Shown here in pieces: positions 1 to 9,651 of a stretch of 64,000 nt of DNA. The notes beneath the pieces are model-generated. The model did not search any database. It saw nothing but the letters and a program-made list of their open reading frames with translations, and had not been told where the DNA came from. This stretch comes from Candidatus Altiarchaeota archaeon (lineage in GTDB: Archaea > SpSt-1190), in assembly GCA_018220935.1 (NCBI GenBank), contig JAAOXU010000015.1:2255-66254 (forward strand), in the 5' to 3' direction. The translations under genes and the position numbers were made by a program. How positions within the stretch are numbered: the stretch's first letter is position 1; every line of letters starts with the position of its first letter.

Positions 1-1061
1 GTAAGAGTAAGGGTAATTTTGTTACTGCAAGAGAAGCCTTAAGTGACCTTGGAATTGATACACTTAGGTTCTACATTCTTTGGGAAGCCTCCCCATGGGA
101 CGTTGTGAAATTTAACCCAGAACGAGCAAAAAAAGAAATTGGAAGGATGTTTCACATTTGGAAAAACTTACACTCATATTTGATGAAATTTACAAGTGCT
201 AGCCCAACGAAGGATAAACTACAAAAGGAAGACTTGTGGATATTAAGTAAGTATAATTCTATGGTTGATGGTTTTCTAACGGATGTGAATGATTATAATT
301 TGCATCATGCAACTAGAAAAATATTTACTTTTATTGTTGAGGACTTTAGCCGGGCTTATATGAAACTTGCAAAGGAGCGAGTAAAAAACGGAGACACTAC
401 GCCTTTATGGGTATTAAAAGAAGTTCACAGTGGATTACTAAGACTTGTGGCACCCATCTCACCAATATTTACTGAAACGATGTATGCTGAATTTACTAAA
501 CGATTTGGTGGTGAGAAAAGTATATTTTTAGATAAATATCCAACACCAGATAAATCAAAAATTCACATCAAGCTTGAAACTAATATGGATAAGTTATTCT
601 CAATAGTTGAATCTATTTTGTCTTATAGAGATAAAAAAGGTATTGGACTAAAATATCCTTTACGTTCCATGCAAATTGATGGTTTTGATACTTCAAGTTT
701 TGAATCAATACTTTTGTCTTTAACTAATGTGAAAAAACTTAAAAAATCTAAAGGGGATAAAATTGAAATAAATGATGTTATAATTATAATTGATCCTACT
801 CAAGGCAAAGAAGAAATTCAAGAAGGTCTTATGCGAGAAGTGTCAAGACGTATTGGAAACTTAAGACGAAAGAAGGAATTAGTTCTAAAAGATACGGTAA
901 ATCTAAATTTATGGGGTGATTCTGAACTTCTTGATGCAGTAAAAACACACGAAAAAGAGTTTATTAAGCGTGTTGGGGCTGTATCTCTTACATATGACGA
1001 GGGTGGGGACCTTAAAGAAACTTGGAAAGTTAAAGGTAAAACGCTTAGTGCAGGTATCTAA
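1..1061 (+). CDS. Class I aminoacyl-tRNA synthetase, C-terminal part (5' end lies upstream of the window); most like leucyl-tRNA synthetase
   Basis: The reading frame is open from base 3 and begins K-S-K-G-N, the tail of a KMSKSKGN motif. It is followed by DTLRFYILWEAS, which resembles the LeuRS post-KMSKS and anticodon-binding region. The listed ORF at 105 begins with GTG and is only the internal part. Confidence 0.5.
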   Translation, partial: KSKGNFVTAREALSDLGIDTLRFYILWEASPWDVVKFNPERAKKEIGRMFHIWKNLHSYLMKFTSASPTKDKLQKEDLWILSKYNSMVDGFLTDVNDYNLHHATRKIFTFIVEDFSRAYMKLAKERVKNGDTTPLWVLKEVHSGLLRLVAPISPIFTETMYAEFTKRFGGEKSIFLDKYPTPDKSKIHIKLETNMDKLFSIVESILSYRDKKGIGLKYPLRSMQIDGFDTSSFESILLSLTNVKKLKKSKGDKIEINDVIIIIDPTQGKEEIQEGLMREVSRRIGNLRRKKELVLKDTVNLNLWGDSELLDAVKTHEKEFIKRVGAVSLTYDEGGDLKETWKVKGKTLSAGI

Positions 1062-1093
1062 ATGCTTATAAATTATAAGTATATTATCCATAT

Positions 1094-2095
1094 ATGCTAA
1101 ACAATGTTAATTTTAAGTTTGTGTTTTTCTTCCTCTTAATTATATCTGTCACTACGGCTTTAACATATAAGACTCCAACACAAAAATCCAAAGTGATACT
1201 TAATAATTCACCTTTAGAATTTCGATTAAATGATATTAGTTCGAATATAATTTCAGGTGGACCGCCAAAAGATGGGATTCCTCCAATTGATTCACCAAAA
1301 TACGTGACAATAAGCCAAGCAAATTTTATGGAAAGTGATGATATTGTATTTTTAATTGAAGGTGACAATCCAAAAATTTATCCTCAAAAAATTTTAGTCT
1401 GGCATGAGATTGTAAATGAAAATTTTGATGGTGTTGATGTATCAATTACTTATTGTCCTTTGACTGGTTCAGCTATAGGTTATCTTGGTGATTTTGGAAC
1501 TTCTGGAAAATTAGTTAATAGTAATCTTATTATGTATGATAGACAAACTGACAGCTACTGGCCACAAATATTGGGTCAGGCAATTAATGGTGAAAAGAAG
1601 GGTGATCTCTTAACAATATATCCAGTCATTTGGACTACTTGGGAAAAAGCCATATTAAAGTATCCAATTGCCGACGTACTGTCTACTGATACTGGTGCAA
1701 TTAGAGATTATACTAGCGATCCATATGGTTCATATCAAGAAGAGGGAAATTATTATGATGTGGGTGAACCATTTTTTCCAACTATGAATAAAGACCTGCG
1801 GCTCCCGCCAAAAACGGTTGTAACTGGTGTTTTTGTAGGAAATAAAACTTTAGCCATCCCAAAACACCTACTAAAAGAACAAAAATTAGTAAATTTTGAA
1901 TTTAATAACGTGCCTTTAGTTTTCTTTTTTGATGCAGAGTTAGGTGCCTTAAGAGTGTATGAGCGGTCAAGTGAAGAAAAAATAACAATAGGTGAACTAA
2001 CTAGTGACTTAAAATGGGTGCCTTCATATGACGTTATGTGGTTTGGTTGGTCAAGCTTTTTCCCTGAGACTTTAGTATATGGTGAGACAAATTGA
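1094..2095 (+). CDS. Secreted protein with an N-terminal signal/TM segment; DUF3179-like (GGPPKDGIPPIDSPKY motif)
   Basis: The N-terminus is hydrophobic and a GGPPKDGIP motif is recalled from the DUF3179 family. Its stop overlaps the start of the next ORF (ATGA). Confidence 0.45.
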   Translation: MLNNVNFKFVFFFLLIISVTTALTYKTPTQKSKVILNNSPLEFRLNDISSNIISGGPPKDGIPPIDSPKYVTISQANFMESDDIVFLIEGDNPKIYPQKILVWHEIVNENFDGVDVSITYCPLTGSAIGYLGDFGTSGKLVNSNLIMYDRQTDSYWPQILGQAINGEKKGDLLTIYPVIWTTWEKAILKYPIADVLSTDTGAIRDYTSDPYGSYQEEGNYYDVGEPFFPTMNKDLRLPPKTVVTGVFVGNKTLAIPKHLLKEQKLVNFEFNNVPLVFFFDAELGALRVYERSSEEKITIGELTSDLKWVPSYDVMWFGWSSFFPETLVYGETN

Positions 2096-2649
2096 AAATC
2101 CTAAAAATACTTCAGTATAAAAAACCCTTTAGTATTGCCTTATTTTTTTCTGTAATCTACTTTTTCTTTTATCTTTATACTGTGGGGTTTCTTGTAATGG
2201 GGGATACTGAGACTAAATTACTTGACAATTGGGGTGATTTATTGTTTAAACAAAGGGTGCCATTTGTATGGGAACCAATTGGGACTTTTAGTCTTAAAAT
2301 ATTTAGTTTATTTTTTGCACCCTTAAATCTAATTTTAGCTCTTCTTCTTTCTTTTCTAATATTCTTAAACGTTGCAATTGTAGTTTACAGCTACTACCTT
2401 CCAAAAGTCTGTCGGGTTGGACACGCTGGACTATTTGGATTGCTTCCTAGTTTTTTAACTGGGTTTGCATGTTGTGTTCCAACCGTTCTAATTGCAATAG
2501 GACCTGTACTTCCTAGTCTTACTGTATTTTTTATCCAATTAAGGCCTTTCTTACTCCCTTCTAGCTTGATTCTATTGATGTTTAACATCCCTTGGAGTTT
2601 AAGTAGAATTTCAAATGAACATTTAAAACAGACCCAAAACACTTTTTAG
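2092..2649 (+). CDS. Integral membrane protein with conserved TM cysteines (GFACCVP)
   Basis: The protein has multiple hydrophobic helices and is translationally coupled to the upstream secreted protein. Paired cysteines sit within a TM segment. Confidence 0.5.
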   Translation: MKILKILQYKKPFSIALFFSVIYFFFYLYTVGFLVMGDTETKLLDNWGDLLFKQRVPFVWEPIGTFSLKIFSLFFAPLNLILALLLSFLIFLNVAIVVYSYYLPKVCRVGHAGLFGLLPSFLTGFACCVPTVLIAIGPVLPSLTVFFIQLRPFLLPSSLILLMFNIPWSLSRISNEHLKQTQNTF

Positions 2650-2665
2650 CTATTAAGTACTTATC

Positions 2666-2726
2666 TTGTTGTGATGAAGTGAACACCCTCTGACGCAAGA
2701 GTGATGAGTACCTGTTTGCTGATATT
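2666..2726 (+). ncRNA. C/D box sRNA (2'-O-methylation guide)
   Basis: The element reads C box GTGATGA (2671-2677), 12-nt guide, D' CTGA (2690-2693), 7-nt spacer, C' GTGATGA (2701-2707), 11-nt guide, D CTGA (2719-2722). This is the canonical archaeal box and spacing architecture, it lies in an intergenic region, and Nop5 and fibrillarin are encoded in the same window. Confidence 0.8.
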
Positions 2727-2747
2727 TTGGTCAAGCTTTTTTAAAGC

Positions 2748-2999
2748 TTGATTCATACAGCTTTAATACTGGTTTTACCTAGTATTTTTATGATGTATGA
2801 GGTTAAAGACTTTCTAAAACAGAAACTACTCCCCACCACAGCTATTGCAGCTTTTGGTGTATTATACTTATTACTTGGAATTTTTGCAATAGACTATCTT
2901 GTTGGTTTTCTTGAACTAGAAATCGAAACTAAGTGGGTGGTATTAAGCAGTGCAATAGTGTCTGCAGCAAGTTTACTCACCTTAAGACAAAATTACTAA
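2748..2999 (+). CDS. Small hydrophobic membrane protein; the true start is probably the internal MMYEV near 2790
   Basis: The ORF encodes two predicted TM helices. The listed TTG start overlaps the palindrome at 2731-2750. Confidence 0.35.
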   Translation: MIHTALILVLPSIFMMYEVKDFLKQKLLPTTAIAAFGVLYLLLGIFAIDYLVGFLELEIETKWVVLSSAIVSAASLLTLRQNY

Positions 3000-3008
3000 A
3001 GTAAGCTT

Positions 3009-4592
3009 TCACATTTGATTCGGAACTTCAATACCAAGTAAAAATAGGCCGTTTTCTAGTGCTTCGTATACTTTGCTAGTTATCCACTCATGACTCTCGT
3101 TACCGCTAATTTTCTCTTTAGTATAAAATTCATTAAAGAGCTGTGATAATTCCATTAAGTAATTAGCAAGAATATCTGGTCTTAAATTCTTTTTAGCATT
3201 AATTACTGCTAATCTTAATGCTACAATTTTTCTTGCTAACTTCGTATTTTCTGGTAAAATCTTGATTTTTCCCTTGCCAAATTTTTCACCAATTCTTTTA
3301 GCTCTTACTGCAGCGTATTGAACATATGGTCCGGTTTCTCCATCAAACTTTAGCATTTTCCAATCAAACAATACATCCCTATTTCTATTCGTCTTTAGAT
3401 CTGCAAATTTCACGGCACCAATACCAATTTTTTCCACATCACTTTTATTATCGACGCCACGCTCTTTCATTATGACTTTTACTTTATTCATAGCCTCAGC
3501 TAGTACATCTTCTAAGAATACTACTCTTCCGCGTCTTGTACTCATCTTGCCTTCGGGGAGTCTCATCATGCCAAATCCAACGTGCTCCATTTTGGCACTA
3601 ACTTTTAGTTTTTTTAATACGTAAAGTAATTGTTCAAAATGAAGTTTCTGTTCATTTCCAACTACGTAAACCATTACTTCGGGTTTGTAGGCCTTAAATC
3701 TCTCAATTCCGGCCACTAAATCCCGTGTAGAATAAATTGTGGTACCATCACTTTTTCGTAAAATTAAAGGTGGTTTATTTGGAACTGGTATTATCACTGC
3801 ACCTTCACTCATCTCGGCTATACCTTCCTTTAGGAGTTCATCTGCAATCTTTTGACCCTTGTTAAAAAACTTACTCTCACTATAATCTTCTAATTTACTG
3901 GTTTTGAGTACCGCATACATTTTTTCAAATTCTTTTAGGCTTAAATTTCTAAAGATTTCCCACGTCTTTCTGATTTTTTTATCTCCTTCTTCTAATTTCT
4001 TAAACATGATTTTGGCTTCATCATTTAATTTTGGATTTTTTTCTGCTTCCTCATGAAACTTAACATAAAGACTTAGTAATTCTTTTATTGGATCTTTTGA
4101 AATATCTGTTGGCCACATCTCATACGCGACTAAAAGTTTACCAAATTGAGTTCCCCAATCTCCAATAAAATTAAGTCCAATAGTTTTCCAACCCAAAAAA
4201 TCAAAGATACGTCTAATACTCTCCCCTATGACAGTACTTCTTAAGTGTCCAACTGAAAATGGCTTTGCAATATTTGGTGCTGAGTATTCAACTACTGCGG
4301 TTTTGTTTTGTTTCTCAAACTTAGTTAGGTTGGTTAAATTGAATAAAAGTGCATCGTCATCCAAAAAGAAATTGATAAATCCACCGGTTGGTTTGGCGTT
4401 TAGTCCCTTTACTTTTATTTGCTCTGCTAAGCTAATTGCTAACTTGTCTGGTCTCTCCCCCTTTGCTTTTGCAATCTTTAGGGGAAGTGAAGTTGAAAAA
4501 TCTCCAAAATTCTTGAATTCTGCAAATTCAGTTTTATCACTAAATTGACTCAAATTTTTCATTGTTTTATCCACTAAGTTCTCAATGAACAC
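3009..4592 (-). CDS. argS: Arginyl-tRNA synthetase
   Basis: It has a class I HIGH-like PFSVGHLRS motif and an ArgRS-type N-terminal and catalytic core. The C-terminus ends in Met, as is typical of the ArgRS DALR domain. Confidence 0.85.
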   Translation of the reverse strand: MFIENLVDKTMKNLSQFSDKTEFAEFKNFGDFSTSLPLKIAKAKGERPDKLAISLAEQIKVKGLNAKPTGGFINFFLDDDALLFNLTNLTKFEKQNKTAVVEYSAPNIAKPFSVGHLRSTVIGESIRRIFDFLGWKTIGLNFIGDWGTQFGKLLVAYEMWPTDISKDPIKELLSLYVKFHEEAEKNPKLNDEAKIMFKKLEEGDKKIRKTWEIFRNLSLKEFEKMYAVLKTSKLEDYSESKFFNKGQKIADELLKEGIAEMSEGAVIIPVPNKPPLILRKSDGTTIYSTRDLVAGIERFKAYKPEVMVYVVGNEQKLHFEQLLYVLKKLKVSAKMEHVGFGMMRLPEGKMSTRRGRVVFLEDVLAEAMNKVKVIMKERGVDNKSDVEKIGIGAVKFADLKTNRNRDVLFDWKMLKFDGETGPYVQYAAVRAKRIGEKFGKGKIKILPENTKLARKIVALRLAVINAKKNLRPDILANYLMELSQLFNEFYTKEKISGNESHEWITSKVYEALENGLFLLGIEVPNQM

Positions 4593-4631
4593 ATACTACC
4601 AATACAGAAGACATTTTAATCTTCTTGCTTT

Positions 4632-5024
4632 TTGAAATTTATGAGAAAATTAGCGGCAGATGTAATAATAGTAAAACACGGTAAAATTCTTTTAATTAAA
4701 CGGGCAGATGAGCCGTTTAAAGGTGAATGGGGACTCCCTGGTGGACATATTGATGAAGGGGAGACAATTGAAGATGCCGCGTTGCGAGAAGCTAGGGAAG
4801 AAACGGGGCTAAATGTTAAATTGGAAAGTTTTGTAGGCATATTTTCTGATCCAAAACGAGATCCAAGGGGAACTATTAGTGTTACTTATTCAGCTACAGT
4901 TATAGATGGAGAATTAACAGAAAATTCTGAAGTAGAAGACATAAAGTGGTTTGAGATTACCAAATTACCTCCACTTTTTTCAGATCACAAAAAAATAGTT
5001 CAAACTTATTTTGGGTATGATTAA
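4632..5024 (+). CDS. Nudix hydrolase
   Basis: It carries the Nudix box GGHIDEGETIEDAALREAREETGL. Confidence 0.85.
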   Translation: MKFMRKLAADVIIVKHGKILLIKRADEPFKGEWGLPGGHIDEGETIEDAALREAREETGLNVKLESFVGIFSDPKRDPRGTISVTYSATVIDGELTENSEVEDIKWFEITKLPPLFSDHKKIVQTYFGYD

Positions 5025-5068
5025 ACTCATGTTCGATAGCCATATTTACTAAGAAAACTCCTCTTTTT

Positions 5069-7039
5069 GTGTCATTGATATTCGGTGCGAGTCCAAGTTT
5101 GATCAAAAAATTTGGTACAAAAAAAGCTATGTATTTAGGCAGGACTGAAACTGATAATCAAGACTTCTTTGTTGATTCAATTAAACCACACGTAATTTTT
5201 ATTTGTGGTGCTAGAGGTTCTGGTAAAAGTTATACGATGGGTATAATTGTGGAGGAGCTTGCTCACAAAAATGATGCATTGGCAAGTATTGTTATTGACC
5301 CCATTGGTGTTTTCTGGAGTATGAAACACGAGAATAAAGTTGAGAAAGAATTGGAACTTCTTGAATCCTGGGGACTAAAATCGCGTGGTTTTGATAATAT
5401 TAAGGTATTAGTTCCAATTGGTGCTAAAAAATTACCAACTAAAACCTTTGATGGATACCTTTCAATTCATCCAAGTGAATTGTCTGCAACTGATTGGGCA
5501 TTTTCATTTGATTTAGATCGATTCTCTCCTGCTGGACTTTTAATTGATAATGCCATACAAAAAGCAGGTGAAAATTACACTATTGATGACTTGGTTCGTG
5601 TGGTCTCATCTGACCCTGATCTTCAGAGTAAAGAGCGGGGTTTCTCAAAACAAACTAGGCGTGGTATAATATCAAGACTTGAGAGTGCAAAATACTGGGG
5701 TATTTTTAGTGATAAAGCAACACCTCTAGAGAAAATAGCAGTTCCTGGGAGTGTTTCTGTAATTGATGTTTCATTTTTAGAAGAGCCTGTAGCTGCTTTA
5801 ATTGTTGGAATAATTGCTAGAAAAACACTTGAAAGAAGAAAGCTAGAAAGTAGAAAAGAGGCATTAGGGGAACCTACTACTTTTCCGCCTGTGTGGCTTT
5901 TTATTGATGAAGCACACGTTATGATACCAAAGGATAGAAAAACTGCTGCAAGTGACAGTATAATTGAGTATGTAAAACAGGGTAGAAAACCTGGTTGTTC
6001 AATTGTTCTTGCAACCCAACAACCAAGTGCAATTAATAGTAATGTATTAAGCCAGCTTGATTTGATGTTCGTACACCAGCTTGTTTTTGCTGATGATATT
6101 AAGGCTGTGAGTAAAAGAATACCAGCTGCTATGCCAAAAGAGTGGGACGTTAACTTTATCAGAAAATTAAAGACGGGTCAAGCTGTTGTGGGGGATAGAG
6201 AGACAACTCAAACTACTCTTATGACTTCAAGAATTAGAATGAGTCAACATGAGGGTAGAAGTAAATTGGCAGTTGATAAACCGCAAGTAGTGTTACAAAT
6301 TGATGATCCAACTCCTGAAGAAATTGGTGAAATGACCCCTGGTGAAGAAACACCTACTAAAAAAACGGAAGTCATAGAAGAAAAAGCAGGGGGGCGAAAG
6401 ATACCTTCAGTTAAACCAATTATGGAACTAGAAGACGCGGAAAAATTGGCAAGAAAACACCTCAAGAAACTTTTGTTTATTGAAACTGAAAAATTTGATG
6501 TTAAAATGAAAATTCACTGGCCGTTTTGGGTGGTGCGTGGTGTTGGGTTGGATGGTGAAGTAGAATTCTTGTTTGACGGAATTTTGGGTGAGATCCAAGG
6601 TTCAAAGGGTCTTCAAAGGATGTTAGATCTTAATCCATTATCTGCTAGGATTGTCTCAAAGGGTGGTACTTTAGATGAGATTTCAAAGCGTTGTGAAGCA
6701 GATCCTAAGATGGTTAAACTTCAATTGAACCGACTAACTAATTTGGGCCTCATCAGGGTTAAAGGAAAAAAGGAGAAAAAATATACACCTCGTCTCGAAT
6801 TTCCAGAAAAATTACCTGAATTTGATGGTGCTATACGTGATGTGACTCCCGAAGGTAGGATAATGAAGCCCGTTTTTATTCCTGATAAAAAACTATTCAA
6901 AATATTGGGGGTAAAACCAACTGAAAAGACCTTGATTTACATGCCTTATGCTCTATTTAGAACTGATTCTAAAAAACAGATTTGGGTTAATTTATCTACA
7001 CGAAAATTTGAGAAGCGAAAACTTAGATTGAAAATTTGA
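5069..7039 (+). CDS. HerA/FtsK-like P-loop ATPase (DUF87-type) with an E/K/P/T-rich linker and a C-terminal winged-helix-like domain
   Basis: It has Walker A ICGARGSGKSYTMG, Walker B VWLFIDEAHV and an ATQQPS motif. No HAS barrel is present. The C-terminal TLDEISKRCEADPKMVKLQLNRLTNLGLIRV resembles a wHTH. Confidence 0.6.
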   Translation: MSLIFGASPSLIKKFGTKKAMYLGRTETDNQDFFVDSIKPHVIFICGARGSGKSYTMGIIVEELAHKNDALASIVIDPIGVFWSMKHENKVEKELELLESWGLKSRGFDNIKVLVPIGAKKLPTKTFDGYLSIHPSELSATDWAFSFDLDRFSPAGLLIDNAIQKAGENYTIDDLVRVVSSDPDLQSKERGFSKQTRRGIISRLESAKYWGIFSDKATPLEKIAVPGSVSVIDVSFLEEPVAALIVGIIARKTLERRKLESRKEALGEPTTFPPVWLFIDEAHVMIPKDRKTAASDSIIEYVKQGRKPGCSIVLATQQPSAINSNVLSQLDLMFVHQLVFADDIKAVSKRIPAAMPKEWDVNFIRKLKTGQAVVGDRETTQTTLMTSRIRMSQHEGRSKLAVDKPQVVLQIDDPTPEEIGEMTPGEETPTKKTEVIEEKAGGRKIPSVKPIMELEDAEKLARKHLKKLLFIETEKFDVKMKIHWPFWVVRGVGLDGEVEFLFDGILGEIQGSKGLQRMLDLNPLSARIVSKGGTLDEISKRCEADPKMVKLQLNRLTNLGLIRVKGKKEKKYTPRLEFPEKLPEFDGAIRDVTPEGRIMKPVFIPDKKLFKILGVKPTEKTLIYMPYALFRTDSKKQIWVNLSTRKFEKRKLRLKI

Positions 7040-7877
7040 TCTGTTCAACTTTAACTGTTTTTTTCTTAACAACTTTTAGCATAATAAACATTCTCAATAA
7101 TAAACTTGCAACTATTCCAGACATACTAGATAGTGGTCCTGCTAAAAATTGAAATACTGAAAACATTACAAATGCCATTAAGACCTTAAACGTGCCCTGA
7201 TATGGCTGTATTAAACTTTCAATTTGTACGTTTAGTGCGTCAGTTAATACGTCTCTTATTACTTTAGTTCTACTAAATCCAATAAACTGGCTTGATAGTT
7301 GTGTAAACAGACTCTCTTCAAGTTGAGGTCTTTGATCATTTAGTAAAGTAATACAAGCATTATTTCCTCTACATTGTCCATCAATAGTTTCACTAACTAA
7401 AGCATCAAGACATTCTTGACCTGTGTAACTAGGGTCACACCCAATAGCAGGGACAAGAAGCTCAACTGCAAAGCCAGCTACAGTATCTGGTATTTTAAAT
7501 TCAATTTGAGAATAAATTGCCCCCACTGAAACTAAAATGAAAATTAAGTATCCTGCGTAAGCTGCTTTTGATACTGCGCGCATCTTTGGAATGATCATAT
7601 TAGTTGTAGCCGTCTTAGCATTGGCCTTTCCAAAAAACGCAAACAAAAAGATGCCTGCTGCTCGTATATCAAAGAGTCCTAAAGCAACTAAAGGTGCTAA
7701 ATAATATGATTTTAGATTAACCAGGCCTGCAATTTGAATCAATGCACCAAAAAAAACTAAGGCTATAAATCCGAGAATAATACCTAAATTAAAACCCACT
7801 GCCACTGGGTTAAAAGTCATAAGAAAAAAACCGGCCACAAAAAGCAAGCCTGCTAATATTTCTTTACCATAATCCAC
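7023..7877 (-). CDS. Polytopic membrane protein with a Cys-rich extracytoplasmic loop
   Basis: It has multiple TM helices and a CDPSYTGQECLDAL...GQCRGNNAC loop. It lies directly downstream of the epimerase on the same strand. Confidence 0.5.
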   Translation of the reverse strand: MDYGKEILAGLLFVAGFFLMTFNPVAVGFNLGIILGFIALVFFGALIQIAGLVNLKSYYLAPLVALGLFDIRAAGIFLFAFFGKANAKTATTNMIIPKMRAVSKAAYAGYLIFILVSVGAIYSQIEFKIPDTVAGFAVELLVPAIGCDPSYTGQECLDALVSETIDGQCRGNNACITLLNDQRPQLEESLFTQLSSQFIGFSRTKVIRDVLTDALNVQIESLIQPYQGTFKVLMAFVMFSVFQFLAGPLSSMSGIVASLLLRMFIMLKVVKKKTVKVEQIKFSI

Positions 7878-7907
7878 AAAATAATCCGTTTAGAATCTAT
7901 TTATGGT

Positions 7908-9263
7908 TTACAGAAATTCAATATCGGATTTTTTAGTTATGCCTAAAACTTCAGGTACAGTTCGATTCATTTGAATTCCTGATTCACCAAGAGCTTTAAT
8001 TTTTTGGATAATTTTAATTCCGACATCTTCCCCATATAGCTTCTTACCGTGACTCATTCTGTCTAGTAGGTCATCTCTTGCCAATACATGTCTTGTCAAG
8101 TCTTCAATTAGACCTTTGTGAGGTGGTACTAGTAAATTGCTTTTAGCTTCATATACAGTCTCAGGCCTATCTGTATTGTATCTAACTGTTAGTGCCGGGA
8201 GTCCAAGTTGGTTTAGTTCTTCTTGAAGGCTCCCTGAATCAGTTAAAACTGCAGAACAATTCCCTGATCTGAAAAATTCCATAACGTGTGAATAACTCTT
8301 CCACAGAGGGGTAAATAAGAAATTATCAAATTCTTTACTCATATTAATTATTTTATCACGTAAATTATATTTTTTGAGTGCAAACTTAGTTCCAGGCAAT
8401 TCAACCCAAGCAATTGGTTGTCCTTCTTTTACGAGGCTCTGTACCCCTGAAAACACGGCTTTAAATCTGTCTTCACTCAAATTTGCACGTCTATGGATGT
8501 CAACTCTTAACCAATTATCATAGTCTTCTAATTTTGGATATTCTTCAAAAATTGAAACTTCAGGTTTATTTTTTTTAGTATATTCCATCGCATCAACCAC
8601 GCTGTTTCCAACTACGTATATTCTATCATCCGGAGTTCCTTCCCTAATTAGGTGATCTTTATTGAGTTGAAGTGCTGCAAAGTGAATCTCACTACTAGCA
8701 CCTGCAACAAAAGTGTCCCATTGTTCTGGGAATGGTTCTTGTCGTGAAATACTCCATTTACCGTCCCACTGATTATCAATAAAAGTTTCAGGGTCTTTGT
8801 CAAAGACGGGTGTCATGCCCCTTAAACCAGCTTCATTTTGAGCTACTTTTTTACCTGTGGCAAACATCCAACCTATTGGAAAAACTCCTGCAGCTAAAGT
8901 GTCCCCATGAACTACGGGTATAAATTTAGTCTTTGGTGAAAATTCCTTTAACTTTTTGGCAACAAAACCAGTTTTTGCAATAATTTCATAGCCCTTCTCG
9001 AGTAAGTCACCTCTAATATTTAGATCAAATGCAATATATTTTTTGATGTTAAATTCTTCTAGCCCAAATCCAAGTAAATTATCGTGATGTTGACCTGTGT
9101 TAATTACAATTACAGGTACATTCAGTTTATCTGCAGCTGGTAAAAGACTCCATTGTTTGTAAAAATCAGGTTTTGTGGCAGTAACAATGCACACCACAAA
9201 TTCTTCTCCTTTAATTTTATCTAACACATCTGTGTTTGTAGTTATGGTATCCACAAAAAACAC
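7908..9263 (-). CDS. UDP-N-acetylglucosamine 2-epimerase family protein (WecB-like, extended)
   Basis: It has the motifs NTGQHHD, VVHGDTLA, EAGLRG and VGNSVVDA. Confidence 0.7.
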   Translation of the reverse strand: MFFVDTITTNTDVLDKIKGEEFVVCIVTATKPDFYKQWSLLPAADKLNVPVIVINTGQHHDNLLGFGLEEFNIKKYIAFDLNIRGDLLEKGYEIIAKTGFVAKKLKEFSPKTKFIPVVHGDTLAAGVFPIGWMFATGKKVAQNEAGLRGMTPVFDKDPETFIDNQWDGKWSISRQEPFPEQWDTFVAGASSEIHFAALQLNKDHLIREGTPDDRIYVVGNSVVDAMEYTKKNKPEVSIFEEYPKLEDYDNWLRVDIHRRANLSEDRFKAVFSGVQSLVKEGQPIAWVELPGTKFALKKYNLRDKIINMSKEFDNFLFTPLWKSYSHVMEFFRSGNCSAVLTDSGSLQEELNQLGLPALTVRYNTDRPETVYEAKSNLLVPPHKGLIEDLTRHVLARDDLLDRMSHGKKLYGEDVGIKIIQKIKALGESGIQMNRTVPEVLGITKKSDIEFL

Positions 9264-9277
9264 ACTTCTCTGCTTTT

Positions 9278-9610
9278 TTATAACCTACTAATCTCTTCAA
9301 TTATTTCTTTGTAAATTACACCTTGAATGTCATCATCCATTGATATATCACTAATAAAATCCTTCTTTAATTTCTCGAAACTATCATTGAGTTCTCCACC
9401 TATGTTGATATCTTTACCCTTATCTGCTAAACTCATGGCTTTATGCTCAAAGTCACCCTCTATAGCATTCATTTCTGAAAGAAATCTCCTTTTCATTTTA
9501 TTATTAAATGAAAAATCAAATACACCCTTGACATCTAGCCTTTTTCTCTTATCTTTAAAAAAATCATTGACTATTTGTCTTGCATCTAGCCGTTTTTCCA
9601 TGTCTGCCAT
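9278..9610 (-). CDS. Hypothetical protein
   Basis: This is an ORF with no recognisable motif. Confidence 0.4.
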   Translation of the reverse strand: MADMEKRLDARQIVNDFFKDKRKRLDVKGVFDFSFNNKMKRRFLSEMNAIEGDFEHKAMSLADKGKDINIGGELNDSFEKLKKDFISDISMDDDIQGVIYKEIIEEISRL

Positions 9611-9651
9611 AGATTACCAAGTATTTTAAACTATTTTACCCTTTTCTTTTA

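Noticed and set aside
2394-2642. 82-aa minus-strand ORF
   Set aside because: It lies entirely antisense within the well-supported membrane-protein gene at 2092..2649. It has a K/R-rich, low-complexity composition.
4228-4548. 106-aa plus-strand ORF
   Set aside because: It is antisense to the well-supported argS gene, and its composition is typical of a shadow ORF.
6244-6465. 73-aa minus-strand ORF
   Set aside because: It is a Ser-rich shadow ORF antisense to the linker region of the HerA-like ATPase gene.
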